A stretch of 64,000 nucleotides of DNA from a plasmid. The stretch is taken from the sequence record NZ_CP088228.1. The stretch is one strand, 5' to 3'. A program made the translations under genes and the position numbers. Below the pieces are notes generated by a model. The model had not been told where the DNA came from and did no database searches. It was given only the letters and a program-made list of their open reading frames with translations. Positions 17,828 to 26,834 of the stretch are shown here, piece by piece. The number at the start of each line of letters is the position of its first letter. Positions within the stretch are counted from its first letter, which is position 1.

Positions 17828-18121
17828 ATGCACACACGAAACGTCAACGTCAAAACCGCCGCTCAAGAATCTACCGGAAGATGTGATTCAAACCTCACCA
17901 TGTCCCAGTTCACGGATCTGTTTTGCTGGGTCCTGGCCGCATCGGAAGGGGAGCCACAACCGGCAATTTTTACGCCGCCAGAGAATGCCACTGAGCTGAC
18001 GTTAATAAATGACGAATGCCCGGATTATATCTCTGTCTGGTTTGTAGATGGTCGCCCGGTGGCAGCTGCAATGCCGCTGGATAATTTTCATCGCGTTATT
18101 TCTTCATCTCTTACTAAATAA
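17828..18121 (+). CDS. Hypothetical protein (97 aa) with repeat-encoded N-terminus MHTRNVNVKTAAQES
   Basis: ATG 17828; identical first 15 aa to ORF 8549, then unrelated sequence. Confidence 0.55.
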   Translation: MHTRNVNVKTAAQESTGRCDSNLTMSQFTDLFCWVLAASEGEPQPAIFTPPENATELTLINDECPDYISVWFVDGRPVAAAMPLDNFHRVISSSLTK

Positions 18122-18137
18122 TCAGGAGTAAATAAAA

Positions 18138-18959
18138 ATGGTCAGTTTCGCAAGCCGCTATCGTATGCCTACATCGATCCGCAAAGACCGTCCGCTGACG
18201 AATGATGAATTACAGCGCATCGTTCCGAGCGCGTTCTCATCGGATAAACACGATTCACGCTCTGAACGTTATACGTATATCCCGACCATTAACATTCTTG
18301 ATCGCTTACGTGATGAAGGTTTTCAGCCATATTATGCAACTCAGTCACGTACACGTGACCAGGATAAACGCGACTTTACAAAGCATATGCTTCGCCTGCG
18401 CCGTCATGACCAGATTAACGGAAAAGAAGTGCCGGAAATTATTCTGCTGAATAGCCATGATGGTTCAAGCAGCTATAAAATGATCCCCGGCATGTTCCGT
18501 CAGGTTTGCAGTAATGGTCTGGTTGCATGGAAGGATTTTGGTGAAATCCGCGTACCCCACAAAGGGGATATTGTCGGGCAGGTTATTGAAGGCGCTTACA
18601 CGGTGCTGAAAACATTCGACGCGGTTGATGAAAATATAGACCTCATGAAAAGCATTCAGCTCACTTTGCCTGAGCAGCGCCTTTTGGGTGCGACCGCCCT
18701 GGAACTTAAATACGATGGAAAACCAGCGCCGATTACACCGGAGCAAATTATTAACCCTCGCCGTGTGCTCGACAGAGGCCAGGATTTATGGACCACGTTT
18801 AACGTGGTGCAGGAAAATGTGATCCGTGGGGGAATTCGTGGCAGAACGGAAAAAGGGAAGATGACCAGAACGCGGGAAGTCACCGGAATAGATGGTGACA
18901 TCAAATTAAATCAGGTGCTCTGGAAAATGGCGGAGGAGTTTGCAAAACTGAAGGCCTGA
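18138..18959 (+). CDS. DUF932-type conserved leading-region protein (273 aa)
   Basis: Size, position next to oriT/geneX and sequence character of the ~270-aa protein conserved in IncF leading regions. Confidence 0.6.
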   Translation: MVSFASRYRMPTSIRKDRPLTNDELQRIVPSAFSSDKHDSRSERYTYIPTINILDRLRDEGFQPYYATQSRTRDQDKRDFTKHMLRLRRHDQINGKEVPEIILLNSHDGSSSYKMIPGMFRQVCSNGLVAWKDFGEIRVPHKGDIVGQVIEGAYTVLKTFDAVDENIDLMKSIQLTLPEQRLLGATALELKYDGKPAPITPEQIINPRRVLDRGQDLWTTFNVVQENVIRGGIRGRTEKGKMTRTREVTGIDGDIKLNQVLWKMAEEFAKLKA

Positions 18960-18987
18960 AAATTAAGCCGCTCAACAGAGCGGCTTT

Positions 18988-19527
18988 TTACTGTTCGTTG
19001 TTAAGCGATGCTGTTTCAGTAGTTTTTATCTCATGCTCCTTACCCGCAACTGGCGCCAGGCGTTCAGAAAGTAACTTTTTTCTGGCCAACAAAACGCGAT
19101 ATATATTTTTGATATCCTGAGCATACGCCTTGCGCTGCACAATCAGCTTTTTGCTCGGCCCAGTATTATACATCCCCACGCTGTCCCAGTTTTTTCCGTA
19201 TGACCTGAAGTTGTGCGCCAGTACCCATGCACCCGTATAAACGCAGATACATGGATCATTCAGCAGGCGCTCACGGGTAATATTGAAGTTTTTAAGTTTA
19301 CCGTAATGAGAGCTGTTTACCTGCATCCCACAGACATCTTCTGTTCCATTCCTGTTAGATCCATTTATCGCACCCGGCTTAAGTCTGCTCTCTTTAATCG
19401 AAATTGACATAAGCAGCAGTGGATCAATTTGATAATCTTTCCCGGCCTGATCAAAGCACATTTGTGGAGCTGCGCCAGCAGACATGGAAAGGGTCAGCAA
19501 TGCCGCAGGTAGTATCGATATTTTCAT
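18988..19527 (-). CDS. Lytic transglycosylase (F geneX/orf169, R1 gene 19 homologue)
   Basis: 179 aa with signal peptide and SLT catalytic segment KESRLKPGAIN...GMQVNSSH; collinear with F Orf169. Confidence 0.8.
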   Translation of the reverse strand: MKISILPAALLTLSMSAGAAPQMCFDQAGKDYQIDPLLLMSISIKESRLKPGAINGSNRNGTEDVCGMQVNSSHYGKLKNFNITRERLLNDPCICVYTGAWVLAHNFRSYGKNWDSVGMYNTGPSKKLIVQRKAYAQDIKNIYRVLLARKKLLSERLAPVAGKEHEIKTTETASLNNEQ

Positions 19528-19639
19528 GGTTTGGCCTTTTAGCGAAATAAACGGGCTCTGGAGAGGCGCTTTAAAAAATACCCCGGCGGATCGTCGTAAT
19601 CAAGTAAATTCACTACAAACGCGCGTGAGCGCTCTCCCG

Positions 19640-20110
19640 AAGGGATTTAACACCTGTCCGAAATAAACATGCCAGAACGGTAGACGGTATTAACATGCCG
19701 CTCTTTACTAACCCTTTTAAACATCACACCCCACGCAAGACTTCGTCTTGCAGATTTTTTCTTTTAATTCATATATATACCTGTGCTTATTATGCGGAAT
19801 TATGCTGTGTGAACGATAAAGGTGTGTGCATCAGCACACATTGCAGTGCCTGAACCCCACACACTACAGTGCCTAATCAAGCACTGTAGTGTGTGCTAAT
19901 CCAGCACTGCTGAGTGTGGGGATTGTGTGTATTCAATAAATAGAGTAACTTAAAAATGGGTAGTGCCTGATGAACACACATCACAGTGCCTGATGCACAC
20001 ACATGGTGGTGCCTGATGCACACACATGACAGTGCCGGATTAGCACACATCCAAAAGCCAGATTCACGCAAATCCTCAGTAAGTTACAGAACAACGTAAC
20101 TCCGGGAACT
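19640..20110. other. oriT: F-type origin of transfer (oriT) with nick site and TraM-binding repeats
   Basis: Minus strand reads gcaagacgaagtcttgcGTGGGGTGT|GATG, matching F gcaaaaacttgtttttgcGTGGGGTGT|GGTG (nick between + positions 19726/19727); downstream direct/inverted repeats cacacaYNRYRGTGCC x6 (19840-20045) resemble sbm TraM sites. Confidence 0.75.
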
Positions 20111-20171
20111 GACATATAAGTAGCATTGCAGTGCCGCATCAGGCACTGCATGAAATTTTTGAGAAAATATC

Positions 20172-20558
20172 ATGCCAAGAAAGAACATCTACTTTAAAGA
20201 TAAAATTGACAGAGAAATAAATGATATTCTTGAGATTGAGTTACAAAAGGGCGCAACAACGTCTGACATGAACTATTCTTCAATAGTCAACGAATTAGTT
20301 CGACTCGGACTGATGGTATACAAATCAAAGGAAGAGGGCTCAACTTTCGATCTCGATGGTTTCCGACGCGACCTCATTAAGAAAGTCTCTGGCTCACGTG
20401 AAGGTATTATGATTCTCACCGCACTTGTCTCTGATATCTTTGTCACGATGAAGGGGCCAGACTCTGGAGTGAAGCTTGAAGAACTGATAAATGCCAACAT
20501 CAGCTCGATTAACGATGCAGAAGATAAGGCTGAAAAAGACCACTTCCTGACGGATTAA
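20172..20558 (+). CDS. traM: TraM, oriT-binding relaxosome accessory protein
   Basis: 128 aa; N-terminal RHH-like MPRKNIYFKDKIDREINDILE and C-terminal tetramerisation-like region, position next to oriT. Confidence 0.8.
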   Translation: MPRKNIYFKDKIDREINDILEIELQKGATTSDMNYSSIVNELVRLGLMVYKSKEEGSTFDLDGFRRDLIKKVSGSREGIMILTALVSDIFVTMKGPDSGVKLEELINANISSINDAEDKAEKDHFLTD

Positions 20559-20595
20559 TTATTGGTTTCAGGCCGGACTTTTCCGGCCCTGTCGA

Positions 20596-21237
20596 TCACT
20601 GAGGCTCACCCTCATCCCACGGAAGGTCTTCCTTTTCCACCTCCGTGATTTTTTCTTTTAAAAAAACTTCAAATTCCATACACAACACTTTCAGCGCCTG
20701 CGCATCCTCATTCTGGTCAAGCAATCTCTCAGTAAAATATCCAAGCGTATTCATTAACCTGGTGAGTATTTCGTCATTCAGACTACGGTTATGCACCTTC
20801 GCCATTGCCCTGATTTCATCTGCAAGGTTTTCAGGAATTCGCATGCTATATCCGGTTGTTTTCCCCGGAAGCAAAACTCTTTCACCCTCACGCCACATCC
20901 ACAATTGCTCCTGCTTGGGCGAGGATTTAATTTCTTCAGCAACATCAACAGATTCACCATCAAGTAATTGCCCTAACCACTCTTCAAATCTCACCGCCAG
21001 AGCAATGAGCCGTTCACCCTCCGCAGTTTTAATGACAGGCTTGCCGGGCTGATAATTCAGCGACAACAAAAGCCTGGCAATAATTTCCTCATTCACACTT
21101 CTGTTGCCAGCTCTGGCACATATTCTCAGCTCCATAAGCAGATTATCCGGTGCACGCAATCGCCACTCCACCGCCTCACCTGGCTGGAACTTGCGTGGAC
21201 GGCCGCGACCATCCCACATTTTTTCTTTTACTTTCAT
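20596..21237 (-). CDS. Tandem Arc-type ribbon-helix-helix DNA-binding protein (213 aa)
   Basis: Two Arc-like modules (...ARAGNRSVNEEIIARLL... and ...AKVHNRSLNDEILTRLM...); convergent with traM. Confidence 0.6.
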   Translation of the reverse strand: MKVKEKMWDGRGRPRKFQPGEAVEWRLRAPDNLLMELRICARAGNRSVNEEIIARLLLSLNYQPGKPVIKTAEGERLIALAVRFEEWLGQLLDGESVDVAEEIKSSPKQEQLWMWREGERVLLPGKTTGYSMRIPENLADEIRAMAKVHNRSLNDEILTRLMNTLGYFTERLLDQNEDAQALKVLCMEFEVFLKEKITEVEKEDLPWDEGEPQ

Positions 21238-21326
21238 AGCTATAGATCCCGTAGGCCATTTCCGAACTTACTGGTCAACAAAGCCTACCCACTTACACAT
21301 TCGGATAAATCTGAATGGTTCCTAAA

Positions 21327-21358
21327 AGTGTGACATGCGTCACAGTTTTTTTTTTTTA
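21327..21358 (+). terminator. Stem-loop plus T12 run (plus-strand terminator-like)
   Basis: gtgtgacatgcgtcacag followed by tttttttttttt. Confidence 0.45.
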
Positions 21359-21409
21359 GGGTCATGGGACAATTGCGCCCGCGTAAAGGGGTCCGCTTGG
21401 AAAACGGAA

Positions 21410-22736
21410 TCTATGGTCACTCCCGTTTTTGCAACACCGATTTTGACGACAAGTTGGCTTGCTTGAATCTATCCGGCGTCTGAATGGGATTTTATTCCCG
21501 CGCCTTGATGAGTTCCGCGCCTGATGAACCTCCAGAAAATATACGGCTTCAATGAGCCTTTCCGTTTTACAGGTTCCTCAACAGGCCGGTGGGCCGTTAG
21601 TATCATCAATATCAGTATTCGCAAAACCAGATCAGTAATTCTTTAAACCGGTGTATTTCTGCCGTTATGCTACATAAGTTTGCTGTCGTGCCGTTAGGGC
21701 CCAGGCTATTCTGGCCAGCTTGTTTGCCAGAGCACAAGTGACGACAAAGTTGCTTTTCCGGCACAGTAAATCCCTGACCCAATCGGCCAATTTGCCAGAC
21801 TGGTGTTCCAGTTTTTGTATGAATACCCTGGCACATTGAACCAACAAAGTTCGGATCTTTTTATTACCTCGCTTACTAATTCCCAGCAATGTCGTCCTAC
21901 CTCCCGTGCTGTACTGCCGAGGTACAAGCCCTGTTGCCGCCGCAAAGTCACGGCTGCTGGCGTACTGCTTCCCGTCGCCAATCTCAGTTGAAATAGTACT
22001 CGCTGTCAGTGTTCCGACGCAGGGAATGCTCAGCAAGCGCTGTCCAACCTCATCTTCGTCCAACTTTCGTTTCAACTGGGATTCCAAATCTTTAATCTGC
22101 TCAACAAGATAGTGATAATGCTGTTGTAATTTCAGCAATAACTGGCTGAGGTAAAGAGGCAAACTATTATCCTCAAGAATGGTACTCAGTCGGCTAATAA
22201 CGGCAGCTCCTCGGGGAACGCTAATGCCAAATTCCAGCAGAAAAGCATGCATTTGATTGGTTGTTTTTACCTTATCCTGAACCAGGGATTCACGGACACG
22301 ATGCAGAGCCCGCATTGCCTGCTGAGATTCCGTTCTGGGCTGCACAAAACGCATAGACGGACGCGATGCAGCTTCACAAATAGCTTCGGCGTCGACAAAG
22401 TCGTTTTTATTGCTTTTAACGAACGGGCGGACAAATTGTGGTGATATCAGCTTTGGGGAATGCCCCAACTCTTCCAACTTGCGTGCCATAAAGTGAGAAC
22501 CGCCACAGGCTTCCATTGCGATGGTTGTAGCGGGGCATGTCGCCAAAAATTCGATCAACTTTGGCCGGGTAAATTTTTTACGGTAAACAGCCTTCCCGCG
22601 ACGATCCTGGCAATGAATATGGAAAGAGTTTTTACCCAGATCGATACCAATGAGCGCAATGTTTTCCATGATAGTTCTCCGAATGAAAGCCTGTCCTCAG
22701 CATAGTACCGGGAAGGAGGGAGTGACCATCTCATTA
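21410..22736 (-). mobile_element. IS5075/IS4321-like IS110-family element (1327 bp) inserted in transposon IR
   Basis: Exactly 1327 bp between the two IR parts; identical inverted copy at 30494-31820; this family is known to target Tn21-family IRs. Confidence 0.8.
21665..22669 (-). CDS. IS110-family transposase (334 aa)
   Basis: MENIALIGIDLGKNSFHIHCQD... DEDD-type IS110 transposase N-terminus. Confidence 0.85.
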   Translation of the reverse strand: MENIALIGIDLGKNSFHIHCQDRRGKAVYRKKFTRPKLIEFLATCPATTIAMEACGGSHFMARKLEELGHSPKLISPQFVRPFVKSNKNDFVDAEAICEAASRPSMRFVQPRTESQQAMRALHRVRESLVQDKVKTTNQMHAFLLEFGISVPRGAAVISRLSTILEDNSLPLYLSQLLLKLQQHYHYLVEQIKDLESQLKRKLDEDEVGQRLLSIPCVGTLTASTISTEIGDGKQYASSRDFAAATGLVPRQYSTGGRTTLLGISKRGNKKIRTLLVQCARVFIQKLEHQSGKLADWVRDLLCRKSNFVVTCALANKLARIAWALTARQQTYVA

Positions 22737-22747
22737 AATATCCTACG

Positions 22748-25732
22748 CTAAGCCTCTTTTTTGTACAGACTGACATCAACTGTGCGTAACGGTCGATATT
22801 TACCGGATCCCAGCTTAAGATTATTACGCCAGATGTAATCTCCGCTCAGGTTGATATGCTCCCAGCCCAGAGGGGACAGGTGAGAAACCAACGGCTCATT
22901 AATCTGGAGCCCCTTTCGTTTTAGTGATTCGATGGCCCTTTCTATATACACCGTGTTCCACAACGTGATCGCCGCAGTCAACAGCGTCAGCCCGCTGGCG
23001 CGATAGCTTTGATTTTCCAGCCCCCTGTCTCTTATTTCGCCCAACCGGTGCATAAAAACGGCCCGCGCAAGCGCATTGCGGGCTTCACCCTTATTTAAAC
23101 CGGCTTGCACACGACGACGCAGGGCCGGATCGCGAAACCAGTCCAGCATAAACAACGTTCGCTCGATACGGCCAATTTCCCGTAACGCTTTTGCCAGGCC
23201 GTTTTGTTTGGGGTAGCTGGCCAACTTTTTTAACATCAGCGAGGCGGTTACCGTGCCCTGCTTGATCGAGGTCGCCAGGCGCAGTACCTCATTCCAGTGT
23301 GTCTCAATTTCTTTGAGATTCAGACTGGTCGTGGATATGATTGACTGAAGCCCAGAATATTTTTCCGCCTTTCCATGAATGAATAGCCGTTTGTCATGGA
23401 GATCCCGGATCCTTGGTGCAAATGCAAACCCAAGTAGATGCATTAGCGCAAAAACATGTTCAGTGAAACCCGCTGTATCGGTGTAATGCTCCGTAATTTC
23501 CAGGTCGCTTTCGTGATAGAGCAACCCATCCAGCACATGGGTAGAGTCCCTGACCCGGCTGATCACTTTGGTATAAAATGGGCTGTATTGGTCTGATATA
23601 TGTGTATAAACCTGCACGCCGGGTTCCTGACCGTACTTTAAATTCACCTGTCCGGCATAGCGGCCATGACTTCCGACTCGAAAATTCTGGCCGTCGGAGG
23701 ATGACGTTGTACCGTCCCCCCATGATGCTGCCAGTGGGCACTTTTTTTGTGCATTCACTAGTTCGGCAAGCGCGGCTGCATACGTTTCATCCCTGATGTA
23801 CCATGCCTGAATGCTTTCCAGCGACGCTTTTGTGGTTCCCGGGCAGGATTCTGCCATTTTAGTCAGCCCCAGGTTGATACCATCTGCCAGGATGGTGGTC
23901 AGCAACAGCTTTTTGTCTTTTGGTCTGACGTGATTATTTTTGAGGTGAGTAAAGTGGCGGGTAAATCCCGTCCAACTGTCCACTTCATCTAATATCTCGG
24001 TAATTTTTGGGTGCGGCAGCATGCCGTAAACCAGGTCGGCAAACGGTGATACAATCGAAGGAACGCTGTTATCAAGAGGCGTGACCTTCACACCTTTGTC
24101 CGATATATCAACATCAGGCAAATCACCGGCAATCGCCATCGCATTGACCTCTTCCAGTCGCGACGCCAGCAGTGTCATACGGGAGTGAAGGTATTCCTGG
24201 CAGTCTGTCGGAATGGCAAGCTGTAACTGTTTCTCTTTGAGTGATTTTTCAAAATCAGCAGGAGGAATGAGGTAATCGTCAAAATTCCTGTAGCGTCGTG
24301 ATCCTCTAACCCAGATATCACCAGATCGCAATGCGCCTTTCAGCTCATTCAGTACACAGAATTCATAATACCGGCGATCGATACCCGATGGCGTTATTAC
24401 CAACTTTTTCCAGCTCTCAGGGATAAACTTTACTGGCGCTGTTGACGGAACCTTGCGGAGTTGTTTGCGGTACATTTCTCTGACGGTATCCAGCGCATCA
24501 CCGAGTGGCAGTGCTGAAGGGGCTGCACTGAACTGCAATGCAGACAACATACGGGGCGCATATTTACGCAGCGTGCTGTATTTTTCGGTGATCAGATGAA
24601 GCGGATCAAAATTATCCTTTCGGGCCAGAAACTGTGTTTCCTCCAGACTGGTGATAAATTCCGGCCAGGGAAGTACGTCTTCTATCGCCGCCCAGGGATC
24701 TTCTCCTGACTCCCGTGCGTTTAGCAGCGCCTGCCCAACAGTAAGATATTGCCTTAACTTGCTCTGGATGAGTTTTCCTGTTTTCTGAAGCCGTTCGGCT
24801 TGTGTGCGCTTTGCCCTGCTGAACAAGCTACCCAGGATACGTTCGTGTAGTTCGATGATTTCATCGGTAAGCGTTGCCCTTGCTTCTGAGATAATACAAA
24901 CCAGCACGGCATAACGACGTGTGCCGGAGAATTTTGCCAGGTCCCTGCTACTCATTTTCCGGCCTTCGCGAGCCAGTTTCAGCAGTCGGTTCTGGTGAAC
25001 GGAAAGCGTAATACCTTCCGGCAGTGCCAACCCCTCAATGGCATTCAACCGATCAATATGTTGCAGCACGTTTTTACCGTTAATCTTACCCGGGGGCTGA
25101 AGCAGCCAGGCAAGACGGGAAAGTTGCTCATCACCTGATGCAAGCAGATTATCCAGTGCTGTTTTATGTCGTTGTTCCAGTTGCGTCGTCAGTGTAGAAA
25201 ATACGGCTCTGTCTGCAAGTGTTGCGGCTTCAGCAAGGGTTCGCTCCATCACATCAACGGAAGGGAAAATAACGTTGTTGTTGTGCAACCAAGCGAGCAT
25301 CTCTTCAGCAAGAATCAGGCCTTTGTCGGTCCGCATGGCGTGCGGATATAAATGGCGGATGCATGTTTTTTGCAATGACCTGTTGAAAGGCACTAATCCC
25401 AAGTAGCGATAGAGTTCGGCAAGATGCTCCCAACGGGTTTCCTCCCTCGTTGCGTACTCTCGCCATAAATCAGGTTGAAGTTTCAATCTCTCTGCCACTC
25501 TGGACATAACGCCATCGTGAGGGAGACTGTTTTTGTCTGGAGTAAAACCCGGCCCTCGCAGATAACAGAGTAAAACGGCAAAGCCCAGGCGGTTAGCGGG
25601 TCTCCGGTGTTTGTTGATGAGGACCAGATCCTGCTCACTTAAAAAGCACATCCTGGTTAGCAGAATGTCATCATCCGGCACAATCAGTAAGCGTTCTTTT
25701 TCATCACTGCTCAGTATCTGTCGCCGTGGCAT
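22748..25732 (-). CDS. tnpA: Tn3-family transposase TnpA (994 aa)
   Basis: Size and sequence of Tn21/Tn3 TnpA; stop codon lies within inner IR. Confidence 0.9.
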   Translation of the reverse strand: MPRRQILSSDEKERLLIVPDDDILLTRMCFLSEQDLVLINKHRRPANRLGFAVLLCYLRGPGFTPDKNSLPHDGVMSRVAERLKLQPDLWREYATREETRWEHLAELYRYLGLVPFNRSLQKTCIRHLYPHAMRTDKGLILAEEMLAWLHNNNVIFPSVDVMERTLAEAATLADRAVFSTLTTQLEQRHKTALDNLLASGDEQLSRLAWLLQPPGKINGKNVLQHIDRLNAIEGLALPEGITLSVHQNRLLKLAREGRKMSSRDLAKFSGTRRYAVLVCIISEARATLTDEIIELHERILGSLFSRAKRTQAERLQKTGKLIQSKLRQYLTVGQALLNARESGEDPWAAIEDVLPWPEFITSLEETQFLARKDNFDPLHLITEKYSTLRKYAPRMLSALQFSAAPSALPLGDALDTVREMYRKQLRKVPSTAPVKFIPESWKKLVITPSGIDRRYYEFCVLNELKGALRSGDIWVRGSRRYRNFDDYLIPPADFEKSLKEKQLQLAIPTDCQEYLHSRMTLLASRLEEVNAMAIAGDLPDVDISDKGVKVTPLDNSVPSIVSPFADLVYGMLPHPKITEILDEVDSWTGFTRHFTHLKNNHVRPKDKKLLLTTILADGINLGLTKMAESCPGTTKASLESIQAWYIRDETYAAALAELVNAQKKCPLAASWGDGTTSSSDGQNFRVGSHGRYAGQVNLKYGQEPGVQVYTHISDQYSPFYTKVISRVRDSTHVLDGLLYHESDLEITEHYTDTAGFTEHVFALMHLLGFAFAPRIRDLHDKRLFIHGKAEKYSGLQSIISTTSLNLKEIETHWNEVLRLATSIKQGTVTASLMLKKLASYPKQNGLAKALREIGRIERTLFMLDWFRDPALRRRVQAGLNKGEARNALARAVFMHRLGEIRDRGLENQSYRASGLTLLTAAITLWNTVYIERAIESLKRKGLQINEPLVSHLSPLGWEHINLSGDYIWRNNLKLGSGKYRPLRTVDVSLYKKEA

Positions 25733-25786
25733 AAATGCTCTCCCTGCATACGGACGCTGTCCGCTTGGACGTTCAAAATATACGCA

Positions 25787-26410
25787 TCAAGAACATGCTT
25801 TGAGTTTAACAATGCGTATAACCGTTCGTTCTGAAACGCCACACAACCTTGCGGTATCACGGATGCTCTGCCTGTTTTTAACCCGAAGCTCTATGATTTT
25901 TTCATGCAATTGATGATCTGCCTGACGTCCCCGAAATTTACCGGCCACCTTGGCTTTCGCTATCCCTTCCTCTTGGCGCCGGCGACGATCCTGATAGTCT
26001 TTGCGAGCTATGGCGGCCAGCATATCAAGCATCATTCCGTTAATAGCCTTAAGTATTGCAAGGGTAAAGTCATCGCCAGCATGTGTTGCAAGAGCCATAT
26101 GGCTCGTTGGGAGGTCAAGACTGACAACCACAAGGTGTTTTTCCTGGATAAGATGCTTTAGTTTTTGCCAGCCCTCTTCATCCAGGCGCGAAAGGCGATC
26201 AACCTGCTCGATGAGAATAATGTCACCAGGTGCAGCATCATCAAGTAACCGTAAAAGTTCTGGCCGTTGAAGTGATGCCCCGGATACATTTTCGGTGTAC
26301 CAACTGGCCAGCCGAAATCCTTTTTCTTCAACAAAGGCTTTCATCCGATTTTTTGCTCGGAGAGCATCCTGTTCTTTTGTTGATGCGCGGAGGTAACCAT
26401 GAATGTACAT
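25787..26410 (-). CDS. tnpR: Serine recombinase/resolvase TnpR (207 aa)
   Basis: N-terminal catalytic YLRASTKEQ and C-terminal HTH. Confidence 0.85.
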   Translation of the reverse strand: MYIHGYLRASTKEQDALRAKNRMKAFVEEKGFRLASWYTENVSGASLQRPELLRLLDDAAPGDIILIEQVDRLSRLDEEGWQKLKHLIQEKHLVVVSLDLPTSHMALATHAGDDFTLAILKAINGMMLDMLAAIARKDYQDRRRRQEEGIAKAKVAGKFRGRQADHQLHEKIIELRVKNRQSIRDTARLCGVSERTVIRIVKLKACS

Positions 26411-26834
26411 TTTTCACCCATTTATGACGTTTAAGTGATGATCATAATGTACGTGACAGATAGGTGATGATCCAAGGGGAAAATGGCGACACTTTAGGCT
26501 ATGACACTGGGGTATACATTAATGGCACATTTAATCCATGATTGACCCTGTTTCAGTTTCGTTTATAGTAAGACGCTGTTTGCCTTGGCAGACTCCGCGG
26601 CCAGCCTTGAATATCTTCATCTGGTTTATCTGATCCCTGAAGGTGTACACACCGACCATCAAGGAGTAATAAAAACTACCATGCATATGACGCCACCCTG
26701 AGTTTTCCCCTTCTCTGTCGTTCTGAGTAACCCTCAGCGCGCACTCTTTAACATCCCGTCTGCGGATGTGCTTTACCGTATCTAAATTTTTTGCCCTTTA
26801 CGGGCTGACTGTATTCAAAAACTGAGAAACGACT
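26411..26834. other. Probable res region between tnpR and cargo
   Basis: Inferred from Tn21-type organisation (res upstream of tnpR); subsites not individually resolved. Confidence 0.4.
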
